From Nymphaea colorata (taxonomy: Eukaryota), in NCBI RefSeq assembly GCF_008831285.2, contig NC_045138.2, positions 22,754,001 through 22,818,000 of the forward strand: DNA of 64,000 nucleotides, given 5' to 3'. Below are positions 51,501 through 64,000 of the stretch, in pieces. The notes below the pieces were generated by a model. The model saw nothing but the letters and a program-made list of their open reading frames with translations. It was not told the DNA's origin and did no database searches. Each line of letters opens with the position of its first letter. Position 1 is the stretch's first letter. The translations under genes were made by a program, and so were the position numbers.

Positions 51501-54500
51501 CATACAAGACAAGGTCAGAGAATAATCAAGATATTTGCTTAACAAGGCACAAATAGATTGAATGGATTGTGAACTATATCCCTAATTTTACTATGATAAT
51601 TACAATGTTATTAATGTCACTACCAAATATCGAATAAGTTAAACTATAACTATTTGGAAAATATGTACAACATGTGTTGGTGCCTAGATGTGTAGCTTTC
51701 CTTGTGTTAAACCATGTTTTAAATAGCTCAGTAAAAGCAAACTCAATTATAAAATGATTAGTTGTACAATATGTATTTTGGTGCCTAGAATATTAATCAT
51801 GATTTTAAAAATGATTTGACAAAATAGGGTTACACATTATATAACATAAAGAATGCTTGTTTTGATAATAAAAATTGGAACATACTTTCTTAGAAACATG
51901 AATAAGGTTATTAGCATACTTTGAAAAGTAAAGGTGTTGCCATGTAATGCTAGACAATTTTTTTGACCGAAATTTTTCTTACTGAGAATGTGAAGTTTGC
52001 AAATATAATACTCATGATAGTTACATAATTGCCCTTCTTTTTAGATTAAACTATCATTCATGTATACTTGTGATGACAAAATCTTGATGTAGGCATAAAA
52101 TTCAAGGAAAATTTGTATCGAATAAGAAATTGAAAATATGTTTTCAATTAATTATGAAACAATTTAGATTATGTTTTATTTTAACAGTATGAAATATTCA
52201 TCATTAAAATACTCAAGTTCTATTAAGGGAACTTAATTGAGTTGCACGTCATTCATAGTTCTAGAGCTCACATGAAATGCCACTTCGAAATAGAGACAAA
52301 AAATATCAAAAAGTCAAATATATTATCTGCTATATATGTATTCAAGTTACATTATGTGCATGCTTTGAATTGTTTCCTTGACTTGAAGAGTGCATAAGCT
52401 CAATTTAAATTCTTTTGACTTGAAGAATGCTTGCCCTAAAGTCAAATATATTATCTGCTGAATTCAACCTTCGTAGTTTCTAGGGCCATAATATGCAAGG
52501 TGCTTTGTCACATGATCCTAAAATTTGGATATGAGCATAATGTAATTTAAAGGGGTGTTTGGTAATAGGAACACTATACTAGTATTTTGTGAATTTGTCC
52601 CAAAGATTGGGGTAGGTTCACGTAATACTTGATTATAGTATTCTACAAATCTGCTCCAATTTTCGGGACAGATTTATGAAGTAGTAACATAGTCTTCCCT
52701 ATTATCAAGCACCCTCTAAGAGTGCATATGAAGCCATTCATGCTCTAACACCATTAAATGTAATTGATGCCTTTATGTCCACTTGGATTAAAATTATGTG
52801 ACTTGATCTCATTAAGTTTGAATGTTTACGAAGAAGTTGGAGAATATTTTGGATCCATACCTTTGAGGCATCATGATAAGATATCTTATCATCCATATGG
52901 TAATATCCACAAGTAAATTTGTGATCCTAAATAGGTTTTATCCAAAAAATGATTGTGAGTTATTTTCAGACATAGTCATCAATTAACACTCCAAACTGAA
53001 TGATAGAAGCATGAGTTCTCCAATGAAATAAAACTAAACTGAACATGATCTCTGAGGTTAGAGAACCATGTTTTGCAAACCTCGTCCAAAACCTTAGATT
53101 GCATACTATTCTCAATTTTGATGAAAACATGGCATTTGATTTCCTTTAAAATCATGATTTTCTTCAATATTTGAGCTAAAATTTGACTATGGATCAAGCT
53201 TAACATATATAGTTACTTTCAAAAGATTTCAGAATTTCCTTTCTTAGATTATGTTTTCATCAAGATATTTAATTAACTACAGATAAACAATGAGCCACTC
53301 ACCTTTTATGAGTTCAAAATTATTTTGACTTGAAAATTTGGCAATAACAACTAGAAAAATAAATATTTTAAAGCCCAAACTCTAAGCCACGAATTGAATA
53401 ATATATGTGGGGACTTTCAAAACGTAAATTAGGTGTCGAAGCATTGTAGTCCTAATACAATCATGCTTAGGAATTTGGTGTTATTGATGTCTCAAACTAT
53501 GTTATTTAATGAATATTTGCTAGAACTTGATTGCAAGTGTTATCTATGATGCAAGTAATGCAAAACATGGTTATTTTTTGGAAGCAATTATACGACGCTG
53601 ATATAGGTGGTTGTTGCGACCTTATAAACTAGACACTACCCAAGAGGACCTTTTGTTTCAAGAAGTGAAAATTTCTTTTATGTTGACTATTTTTGACACC
53701 AAAAGATGTTATCGTCATGATTTATCCTTTCAAGCATAGACAGGAAACATGATATGTAGGCCCTTTGGATACTATTTAAGTGGATGGATACTTTTATCCT
53801 CACATACAAGAAAGGGAATTTCTAGGCATTATTATTACATTGCAAGGATTTCATACATATTGAATTAAGTCTTGTATTCAATACACTCCTTGCCTAGCTA
53901 AGGATATTCTAACTAGATGGATGATGGAGAAAGGGGACTGACACATTCTACTACCACCTTGTACCTTAATTTTAAACAAAATTTGACTATGTGCCCTTAA
54001 ATCATTTCTATATGATAATGGAAAATAAAGGTTGAAATACATTTTCACGCTTGTATAAATGTATCATTTTCTTCAATATGTTGCAAGTTTTTCATCTAGG
54101 TGACAACAGTACTTTTATTGCCTTGATATTATCAATGGAAGCAATTTTTTTTAAAAAAAAAATCCTACATATATTATTCTAATTCCTCCTATATCAAGGT
54201 GAGTGCCTTGAGGGGTGTTGCATAACTGGTCGGACTGGTAGAGAGGTGAAAGTCTGATCATCAGTTTGATTCATGTGGGAGTTATTTGAACTGCAAAAGG
54301 TGGATGCCTAACACCCTAGTTCATGGGTGTACCACTCCCCACCCAGGTCCCAAAGCTGCCCTAGACTCTGAGGAAAAAAGAGAAGAGGAGAGGGGCTTTG
54401 GCCCCTTTAGGATATCTCCCCTATATCAAGGTGAGTTGAGTTCTCACACCCAAAAGGTCATATATGCATGTAACGGTTGATAGAAAGTAGATGCAGAGGA

Positions 54501-57500
54501 AGCTACATGCATGACATGGTAAGACTTACTAATTGGCTAGCCTAGAAAACCAAAAGTAAAATGGAGACGTCTTGGTTGTTCAACATGTTGAATACAACAC
54601 ATTGTGAGTCGGCTTGAACACATTGTAGGGAATTTTCTGCCCATCTATCTAAATCCTAATTCTCTGATGCCCACAGTAAAATTGATTTTCCTACATAACC
54701 AGCCAACATAGGATTGAACGAGAGGTCATGCTCTGACTTTAAGTGCTTGCTATTCCTTTAAATAATATCTTATTCATATGAATACTTAATAATACAATGT
54801 CAGTGAATGGATCTATTTGTTTTTAAAATATAACGGTGCTTTCAATGGGCAAGACAATGCAAGCTCAAGCCCCAAATGTCCCAGCTAGGCGCAAACCTAA
54901 TTAAGCTTAGGCTTCAATATATGTAGACAAGCATAAAATTCAACAAAATGTGCATGTTTGTTCATGTTTCGGCTGTAGAAAGACACCCTTAATGAAGTTT
55001 AAGGACAATGGATATCTATTGCACTTGGGACTTGGCTGTAGAAAGACACCCTTAATATTGATGAGGAAGAGAGGGGGGAGTAAATGGTACATTAATCCAC
55101 CATGCTCGACTCAAGTGTAGCTTGGTCAACCCCACATGCTTAATGTTAGGAACCCTACGATCAGGGGCAGAGCCAGAAATTTTTTTTTCTGGGACATTAA
55201 ATATATAGTTAACACCCAAGTTCACCCAGATCTGTGGGGCAATGACCCTGGTCTCATATAATTGGACCCACGTCCACCCAAATCCAACACTAAATTAACG
55301 TCTCAGAGTAGGTTCCATGGAGCACACAGGTCTCTCTGCTCCTACCAGCGATAAACTTGAGTTATACTTAATTAAACCTCTAATTTGATGCTTGAAAAAT
55401 CATTAAGCATTTGAAAATAAAAGGATGAGATTGCACATAATTGATTTTTAAATTAGTTGTTATTATTCTTTCAAGTAAAAGATAATTAATGAGTGTGGGT
55501 ATTTCCAAAGTTTAGGAGGGCACCTGCAATATATTGCTACCTAATAGCATTAATTTTAATGTCATGATGTGATTCACAGATGATTCTGATTTTGACTTAA
55601 TTAAGCAAATATTTTGGCAATACAAAATAATCAAAGATGACAAGCAGCGTGTTGATTCGGACCCTGCATAAAATTGACGCTTATTGAGAAAGTTTTGTTG
55701 GAATTTATTTAGAAATATTGGGTTTTTTTATCATGTTGCTGGTTTAGGTACGTCATTAATATCTCCTAAGTAGAGTGGGCATCGGGCCAGGCCCCATTTT
55801 GGCAGGCCAGGCTCAGGCCCAACTAACTTGGACTCCACCCGGTTCTAGCGTGGTATGGTTCAATTTTAATAAAAAAAAAGTTAATACATGTATTATATAC
55901 AGAAAAATATGTAAATATATATATATAAATATATTTAAAATTAATAATAATTTTTTATTGAGTCTGGGCCTGAGCCCAGCTTGAATCCATTTCCATAACC
56001 CGGGCCAAGCCCGACCCAAAGACAAGGGCCCTAAAGTCCGACTAGTGCCTACTCTTACTCAAAAGAAATGTCTGGTCCTTCTACGATAAACATGGTTAAG
56101 TGGTCTAATCAACATGTACAGCATCATAATAATAAATTACAAGTAATAATACTAAAAACTGCAACATCCAAATATAGCGAAAAGAACAAAACAGTCCTCA
56201 ATTCGCCTTATTCTCTTGAGATTGAGTTGAACGAAACAAAGACATACTTATGAAGAAAAAGTGGTTGGGGTATTTTACAAATTGTTATAAAAATGTGCAT
56301 TTTAAACTTTTTTCATTAATCTATTTTTTCCTTACAAAAGGCTCCCTCTTACTTAGTTATGGGTATTTTGATTATTATATATTTGTATGCATAATTTTGT
56401 GTGTGTGTAGAGTTGTGCACATAACCAGTCCCCAATTCTATTGCTAACGCTCTAAACATCCAGACTTAATGATTTGGAAAGCCAAAGCAACGCGAGTGTA
56501 CTTATGAAAAGTGATGAGCTCACAAAAGAGAAAGAGAAGCCCTCTTGTTAAGAGGGCTTTGCACAAAGCACTCGCAAAGCAAAGTGTAAGGCTTTGCTCG
56601 TGACATGACAGCCCTCTTCTCTTTTGCGAGTGCTTTCATGCTATGCGAGTGCATGCTTTGTTCCTCGCTTTTCTCAATTCATACTAGAAAATCCACTTCC
56701 ACTATGGAGAGAATTGTGGTTGATAAAAAGATTGGGATCTCGTACCTAATAATGGAGCCAGAAAAACTTTTTAGATACACTCGTTAACTGATTCTCATAT
56801 CGAAAGAGGTATTCGTATATCTATATAACACAAAGCAAATATTTGAAAATGTTAACATAAAAATAATGGAACATTGAAGAGCTAGTGTCCGCAACTGCCC
56901 TTATGTAGCTCTGCCACTGACACTACCGGCCTTAAAGCTGAGAATGAATCATAGACCTTCTCCAGAACCAAGTTCAGAAGAAGGAGAAATCTTTCCCTAG
57001 AATTTGAAAAAGGAAGCTGCCGCTTTTTCCCTTTCCCTTTCTTCTCGACCAACAAAAGGGACAGGTTAACAAAAAAAAATCCAAAAACAACTTCAAGGTT
57101 AATGAAGTTCACTTCCCCCAAGTGAGAAAAAAACCCTGTTTCGCTGGTACCAAATTCAAGACCAAGAACTTAAAATTGGTTGATATTTCAATGCTTCTCT
57201 TATGCTGCACTCTCCCTCTTTCCAAACAAACCCTTTTCAAATTCATGAAAGACTTAGCAAGAGCGTTTACCATTGAAGAACACTTGAGCATGATGGCAAC
57301 GCTCGTAGAGAAAATTTCCAGTTCTTTAGATGCATTCACATTCAGCAAGCAAAAGCAGACAGCACAATCAGCATCAACCGTGTAACCAGAAAAATTAGAA
57401 CGAGAGGTAAATCGGCTTGTTGGTATTCGAAAACTCACTTTGTTGAGATGTTTCCGGGCCTCAGCACCAAGAATATCAATCTTCTTCGTTGCCAGGAATG

Positions 57501-57573
57501 CGCCAAGACCAGTGATCATCAGAACTTTTACCACGGGCACGGATGAGATCAACAGGAGGTTCAAGATCTCCAT
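39549..57573 (-). CDS. PILS: PIN-LIKES (PILS) auxin efflux carrier family protein, 10 exons, 422 aa
   Basis: Exons 57573-57439, 51379-51300, 51224-51100, 50299-50178, 49971-49723, 46608-46516, 45929-45829, 40424-40372, 40198-40013 and 39673-39549 total 1269 nt, GT-AG and in frame. Motifs include PVVKVL, VFNPALV, WFMPVNIL, GCCSAGNLGNL, KGSPFGD, PSTIG, DPLYQF, PPAVNIGTITQLFG and SVILLWTY. Confidence 0.94.
43694..44285. repeat. 296-bp tandem duplication in PILS intron 7
   Basis: Copies at 43694-43989 and 43990-44285. I saw one mismatch (TTCTCTTTG vs TTCTCATTG), which matches the K/N difference between the twin 68-aa ORFs in the track. Confidence 0.95.
47913..47995 (+). mobile_element. tRNA-derived SINE head (degenerate) in PILS intron 5
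   Basis: A-box-like TAGACCAACTGG at 47918-47929 and B-box-like GGTTCAATCAT at 47959-47969, at Pol III spacing. No cloverleaf. Confidence 0.4.
52551..52716. mobile_element. Tourist (PIF/Harbinger)-like MITE in PILS intron 1
   Basis: TIRs AGGGGTGTTTGGTAATAGGA and TCCCTATTATCAAGCACCCTC, flanked by TAA on both sides, with extended internal foldback. Confidence 0.75.
54205..54419 (+). mobile_element. SINE-like insertion with a 17-bp target-site duplication
   Basis: CCTATATCAAGGTGAGT flanks it at 54188-54204 and 54420-54436. A-box-like TTGCATAACTGG at 54218-54229 and B-box-like AGTTTGATTCA at 54263-54273. Confidence 0.75.
55771..56056. mobile_element. GGGCC-rich MITE (hAT-like) in PILS intron 1
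   Basis: Termini TAGAGTGGGCA and TGCCTACTCTT, with GGGCC/GGCCC subterminal repeats around an AT-rich core. Resembles the 29676 element. TSD not seen. Confidence 0.6.
56475..56675. repeat. Nested inverted-repeat (foldback) segment
   Basis: AAGCCCTCTT-GTT-AAGAGGGCTT at 56537-56559. AAAGCACTCGCAAA (56565-56578) pairs perfectly with TTTGCGAGTGCTTT (56623-56636). Confidence 0.7.
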
Positions 57574-58028
57574 TCTTGACTCAATCTCTCGAAAATTATT
57601 CAACTCGTAGCGCAGAAATGTATATATTGGCGATCGCAGGAACCAAGTTCATGAAACAGTACAGAACTTGAGTTAAAGGAAGCATGTGACAATTAAGTTG
57701 GCATTAATCAGAGTCTGCCATTGTTTCTGTCCATCTCGTGGGCCGAGAAAGAGAGATATTGGGGTCTATTCACCAACAGATACGTGTATTATTGAAACAC
57801 TGCTTTGTGCCAGAGGACAGCTGCACGCCCTCTCTCCCTCTTCGCCGAACACACATACATCGGTTTTCCTCTGAACGTGGAAAGTGAGCAAGTGCTCACC
57901 AACAGTTCAAAGTTGTTTTCCATTGTTAGGATGTACCTGCAAGTCAACAGCTACCAATGGCGGCTGTTTCTTACAGTCTCACAGAAATTTTGACCTCAGT
58001 CATGACACTATACAACTTTATTCGAGAG

Positions 58029-58197
58029 CAGGGGCGGAGGCACGGGGCCGGCAGGGACCTTTGGCCTCTCTTCACATTTTAAAAAATTCAAAAATTTATA
58101 TATAGTTTAAAAATTTTAGTGTAACCGTTATACAAAAAATTTAAAAATTTTATGTGGGTCCTTGTTAAAATTTTGAAACTTCCTAGCTCTGCCCCTC
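58029..58197. mobile_element. hAT-like MITE in the PILS promoter
   Basis: Termini CAGGGGCGGAG and CTCTGCCCCT with an AT-rich core. Related ends occur at about 55162 (CAGGGGCAGAGCC) and 60530-60541 (GCTCCGCCACTG). Confidence 0.65.
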
Positions 58198-61100
58198 GTT
58201 AGGAAGATATAATATTTTGTTTATTCCCCTGGTTAAGAAGATATAATAAGTTTGTTTAATACACTTCATTTAGCTACCAACTAGGTACCGTTAGAAAAAG
58301 AGTTGATGATAGAAGAAGAAAAGGCACTTAGCGGCCTGTCTTTTAGTTTCTTTTCTTTCTTCTTCCTCCTCTCCTCACCAGTAACATCTAGAAGTTTCGT
58401 AGTTCCTTGCTGCCAAATAACATGTCGCCTGTCTTGGCTCCCCTTTTACTGCCAAAGTGGAGGTCTCACGTTGCCGGATGGTGCATGGGATCGACATATA
58501 TAAGAACAGTTAGAAAACTTTCTACATGGTCTTCTAAAACAGTCGATATAAAAAATTATGGAACACTGTGTTGTCCAGCAATTAATTTGTTTATATTTTG
58601 GCAAATTATGTAATTGAAATTAGCTAATTCTTAGAAGTTTCTAGAAGAATAAAGGTCGTCGGATGAGAAGCCCAAAGAATCAATTCAGTTACAGATATTT
58701 TCAGATGATTAATGGTATGGCGTTGGTCTTATAGCAAATTGAAATCGTCATGTATATATGTTAGAAATAATGAAGATAATAGCGTGTGCATTCGTTCACA
58801 TTCGGGCTCTCGTGAGTTGCTGTGATTGTTTCATCTGTTCCGCTTTTGCTCTGCCATACTCTTGTTTTTTTCTGTTCTGCACCATACTCTATTTCACACT
58901 GTTGATCCGATTCTATCTGACACTGGTTGATTAAGTACCAATTCAATGGGATATATTAGTTGGAATATTGTCAGCGAAATCAAAGTGAGTAGTGGTTAAT
59001 GGGCCCATCTTTTCCCTTTATCTTTGAAGGGACTAGGTTTCAATATCCCATTAGTTTTGTTTTGGGGTCCTCGTAAGTATGCATATCAATTGAAAAATTT
59101 GTTCTTATTGTTGAAAAGATAAACTGCCCATTGGTGAATCCAATATCCGTGCTCTGTGTAGGTGGATTGCAAATTTGTGTAATGTATATGCACATTTGTG
59201 TTTGCATGTGTGTAAGTGTAGAGAGAGAGAGATGGAACCAACAAAAATCTAAGTGTTCACTAGTGCCAAGCTGAAAAGCGCTAGTAAATGCATGGCCTGC
59301 ACTGATGCAAAGAAAAGTATCTGTGTATGTTTTCACATGACTTCTGAAGTGCCTTTCATGCCAGCGCTGGTCCTTCACTAATTTGTGCACTTTTTGCCAC
59401 TAACTTATCATGAACACATTTACGGCACGATTTTTATGCCACAAGTTTCGTCAGTGATACTTTTACTGGCACTTTCAATCTTTAGTGACGCTTTTTTCAT
59501 GCCAATGAACATTTGATTTCTTGTAGTATTGACTAAAATTTATGTTCCTCTAGACAAGGTTTGGACATGCATGGGCAGGGGTTCTTCTATAAGGCCTGCG
59601 GCATTTTGTAAATCTATATATTTTTTTAGTGGAGCCTCTTAAGGGATGTTTGTTAACGTTTGTTAAATGTGGATCTCAAATCAGTGGGGAACCCCCCTCC
59701 AAAAAAAAAAAAAATGGGACATCAAATCTGCGGTAATAACAATCAAATAGCGTTGATCAACTGAAAAGTGAAAACCACTATTTACTTCGACATTAGGCTT
59801 CATGCAGCATGGGTTTGAGATGCTAACATGTCCAAGAGGAAACAAGCATGCCTGTATTTTCCATGATGTTGGTCTTCGTGAATGTCACTACCCTCTTCCC
59901 CATATTTGCAAGATAGAGCAATGTAATAATCTTCCACAAAGTACTTAACTTTTTTTTTTACTTAACTTTTTTTTTTATACATGTCAAGCCTATTGACCCT
60001 ATCTTCTCCTGCTAAGAACGAGTTCCTCTCTCTCTCTCTCTCTCTTGTTGACGACATTAAGTGAAGAAACAAATAAGAGAAAAAAGGAGGCACAAGGATT
60101 TTTACTTGATTTGGAGAAAGCCTTTGTTTCAAGTCTACGGCCGTACAGAGTTTTTTTACCATCACATTAAGATCAACAGCACAAAAACATTAACCACCCC
60201 GCTCTTAAATATGGGGATTAGGGTAAATGCAAAAGTATATAAAAACCCTCACATCAGTGATCCATGAAAATTAAGGAAGCCAATAAAGTTTAGATCAAGC
60301 TTCACACTCCAATATTAACACCTCCCACCGGTAGAAATAGCTCTATGCTGGATGAGATTCTTTTGGTCAACTTAGCACTTTCACCATTGCCCATGGCCAA
60401 TTACACCTCTTGGGATGTTGAAAGCATGAATGACCCAGAGGAACACTTGCAACAGAACATCTATTTATATAGTTATATATTGATACGGCCTCAGTTAATT
60501 TCTCATTTATGCTCCATAAATTTTTTCTAGCTCCGCCACTGCACTGCTCTAGTTGGAGCAGGAGATGGACATCAGAAGATTTTCTGCTGGAGATTATGAG
60601 AAGATTAAAGGAAAGTCATAGAAAGATTATCTTGGTGGGTGGCACAACTAATTGGAGGTGAAAGATTAAAAAGGTGGATACATATATCATTGGAATGAAG
60701 ATGGTTTGGGTTGGGGTCTGTTTCAATCCTGGAATTCAAGATTTCAATTTAGGAATCCCCAAGGGGGGTTGGCAAAACGGTACCGAGCAGGCGCTGTCAA
60801 GAAACCAGTTTCGTTTTTGAATCCTCGAGGTGCCAACTCTTTCTGCTGCAAACGGGTGGTCCACTATGTGTAAGTTGAAGTACGGTGGGAGTGGCACCTC
60901 GAGGCATCAAAATAGGTCATGTACCTTGGGAGATGAGGGGTTGGCTTGGGGCTTTGGCTTTCTTTGGGCAGTGGGCCATGCCCCGCTCATTCGAGAAGAT
61001 TTCAGTTCAAGAACTATAATCCTAGCCAGGGGGGTTTGAGATTATTGTGTAACATCCCAGACCAGGAGCTCCTTTGTTTGTAGGACCATTTGCTTAATTG

Positions 61101-61220
61101 ACATGGCTTAGGTCAAGGTGGTCCTTATTTGTGTTCTTTCTTGTTTGTTGATGTACATATTCTTTCATTATTTGGAATGAAAGGGATGGGAGACATCATG
61201 CCGCCCAAGAGTGTTGCATC

Positions 61221-61550
61221 TTATGTCACATAGGTACGGGTATGGGTACGGGAAAGTAGGTATAGATACGGTATTTTCGCCAATTTTGGTACGATGGTAT
61301 GGTGATAATTATATATTTTTAATTCTAAAAAACAAAATTGATATCATCACATCATTAAAACAATGTTTCTTCATAGTTCTTACATATAATATCATAAAAA
61401 AAAAAACATAAACAAACCAAGACAATGTTTTTTTGTGGTTTGGATAGGTTACGACCCAAACTAATCCAAATTTACCCAGTCCCGATACAGGTACATGGCA
61501 CGCCGGTACAAGTGTGTGGCCCCCCCCCCCCACATACCATTGTGACTTAG
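61221..61550. mobile_element. hAT-type MITE with a perfect 8-bp TSD
   Basis: GTTGCATC occurs at 61213-61220 and 61551-61558. TIRs are TTATGTCACATAGGTA and TACCATTGTGACTTAG, with GGTAC/GATAC subterminal repeats. Confidence 0.8.
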
Positions 61551-62623
61551 GTTGCATCGGAATCAATGTGATTTGTGCACAAAAGCTCGACCACCCGATC
61601 TAAGATTGAATGGGCATGATCAGCTGAAATCGGCTGGTCATATAAGGTCAATTTCAAATGTTCTGGATGTCCGATAGCTGCCAGATGGTTAAAATTTAAA
61701 AATATGTTGTTAAAAGCATAAAAATATGTTGTTAAAAGCATCATGTAACCTCTACATTACTAAAAGTACCATAAACCATTGTACTATAAAGCATTACTAA
61801 TGTTCTTGTGGCAACTGTTTCTAAGCTATAAATGTTTAATTTTTAGCCATCTCGGCAGATTCAACTCTCTTATGGTGTCTATGTGTGTGTCATATTAATC
61901 CCACTTTGAGACTTATTTTAGGATCTCCTCTTGGTTCTGCTCACTCTCCGACATGCTCATTGTCTCAGCCCGCATTAGCTTTTTCTTCATTTTTCATTTT
62001 CATGATCAATATACGGAACACCCTACAATTTGTAACTTAGGAATTGATCGTAGAGGGCTAGAAGACATAATATTATTGCATTTTAAATGAACGACACCAG
62101 AGAATACTAAAGTGAAAGCCATGACACAAGTATCAGCCTCGGGATTTTCAATCTTAATTTAAAGAGATACAACATTCATCAAAATAGGTACTAGAATAAT
62201 ATTTGCAAGTAAAGAAGGTATAAAACCAATAAATTGTGGGGTATTCATCGATCATCTCATTTTTACTAAAGTTTTTTCTAATCACACATTAGTTATTGGG
62301 TCGTACAGTTCTCAACTACATGCGAGGACATTTTAAAAAGTGCTTCAAAACTTGATGACTGACGTTTTACCAAAAAAACAAATGTTGACTCAAAGTCTCA
62401 TTTTTACATCTAATGAACAAGGGAATAAAAGTTATTCAACGCATCTGTACGTTTACATTGAGTCATCACAAACATGCACATGATCTTTTTCACCTCATTC
62501 ATTTCAAACTTTTTTTTTTTTCATGCATCCATTAGAACTAAATCAATGACCTACATTATTCTTGATGGGTCTATCACTTGACACCAGCCACAAGCACACG
62601 TTTGTACATATGTGTGTGTGTCT

Positions 62624-62812
62624 CACTGGTGGAGCCAGAAATTTTTGGTTATGGGGCGCTGTTATATAAATTCTCATTTTTGAATGGGAACAACATATAT
62701 AAATAAGTAAATAATTGTAAGAAATTTATGTAAAAATATGTAAAAATAAATAAAAAATTTGTTGCCGAGGTGGGCAACTGCCCACACCAGCCTATATGTA
62801 GCTATGCTAGTG
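62624..62812. mobile_element. hAT-like MITE inserted in a TG microsatellite
   Basis: Termini CACTGGTGGAGC and GCTATGCTAGTG. Flanks GTGTGTCT and GTGTGTGT match at 7 of 8 bases. Confidence 0.6.
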
Positions 62813-63251
62813 GTGTGTGTGTGTTTGTGTGTAAGAGAGAGAGAGAGAGAATCGAAAAGTGTTAGCTGCTGAATGGTGTTGAACAGATTATTTTAAAAAG
62901 GTGCATGAGCAATGGTTTTTTGGGAACAGTCATTTAGAAGGCATTTGATATACATAGAATTATGAAATTTTAGAATCAAAATGCTCATTTTTTAAGAAAT
63001 CGGAATTATTAAACAAACAGGCCATTTTGTTTCCAAAATTAAGAAATTGAAACCTGAAATTTTGACTCCATTCCAGTTTGAGGAGAAAATATGATTATGG
63101 AATTTTCATTCTCCAATCAAAATTTCAAACCATTACATGCCCCATAAGGTTAATTTTAAGGTCGACATTTTTTTTGGGTTTTCAGTGGAGGATATTTAAA
63201 AATATCCTTCCCACACTATACAATAGCCGACAAATTTCAGTATCCCCTTCT

Positions 63252-63255
<4 letters not shown>

Positions 63256-63314
<59 letters not shown>
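63256..63314. repeat. Compound (TG)n(GA)n microsatellite
   Basis: Seen directly. Confidence 0.92.
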
Positions 63315-64000
63315 ATAAAAATTTTTGTCATTAATGTTTAGTACAAATAGAATTAATATTCTAGTAGCTTTCCCCTCCAGTTGCAAACACATACATGCCT
63401 GAGATATTGTCAATCCACCAATATTTGGAACAATGGCGTTTAAGGGGAGGGAGCTTAGGAGTACCCATTCTTGTGCTCTGTCTCGTTGATGGAACTTGCT
63501 TCTTCTACTTCTACCAATGAATTTGCTGACACAACGGAATTAGATGTGCCTCAATTAGGACGTGCCAAGGCAGCCACAAAGATCAACTTGCAGACTACAT
63601 ACTCCACCTCTTCATTGCACAATTCCAAGTAACATTACTTCAACAAGATTGACAAAAAAATGTGCAACCGATCTTCCCTTTATCCTTTTATTTTGGTTCT
63701 ATTCTTTTAAAACCAACTCAAGGCATGTTCTTCCAAATGAACTATATATGCAGTTATACTAATCGTTAGTTGGTTTCTTTTGAGAAGTAGCAGTAGAGTC
63801 ATGTCCAGGTGGGTCCCATCATCAATTATGGGGCTCATTGCCTATATAATATTTTTTTTTACTGGGGGAAAATATATTTAATTTTCAATTTGATTATATT
63901 AGGAGGTGTTTGATCGATTAGTTTAGTTTTCATAACTACATTTTCCAATAATTAACCCCTTTGCTAATGTAGCAAAAGTTTCGCCCTAGTGGTTCATCAA

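Noticed and set aside
52310..61742. Small local duplications at ~52310/52438, ~54971/55034 and ~61700/61721
   Set aside because: Ordinary slippage or repair duplications of about 20 bp with no evidence of function.

Overview
Plant (angiosperm) nuclear DNA containing four intact protein-coding genes. These are an intronless DEAD-box helicase RH42/Prp5 (2504-5938 +), a 9-exon DGAT2 (14344-10134 -), an 8-exon B2-type CDK (26271-23801 -) and a 10-exon PIN-LIKES auxin carrier spread over 18 kb (57573-39549 -). All exon junctions were read by hand and join in frame. Between and within the genes are a decayed U6 snRNA copy, L1 LINE remnants, tRNA-like SINEs, hAT- and Tourist-like MITEs, a near-perfect 296-bp tandem duplication and microsatellites. 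The most notable observations are: (1) RH42, CDKB2 and PILS are also neighbours in Arabidopsis; (2) a 'ghost' duplicate of PILS intron sequence lies about 17.5 kb downstream and preserves the empty site of a SINE insertion; (3) a candidate spliced 36-aa micro-ORF brackets the LINE. I found no convincing novel multi-gene system, and I cannot determine the species from the sequence.
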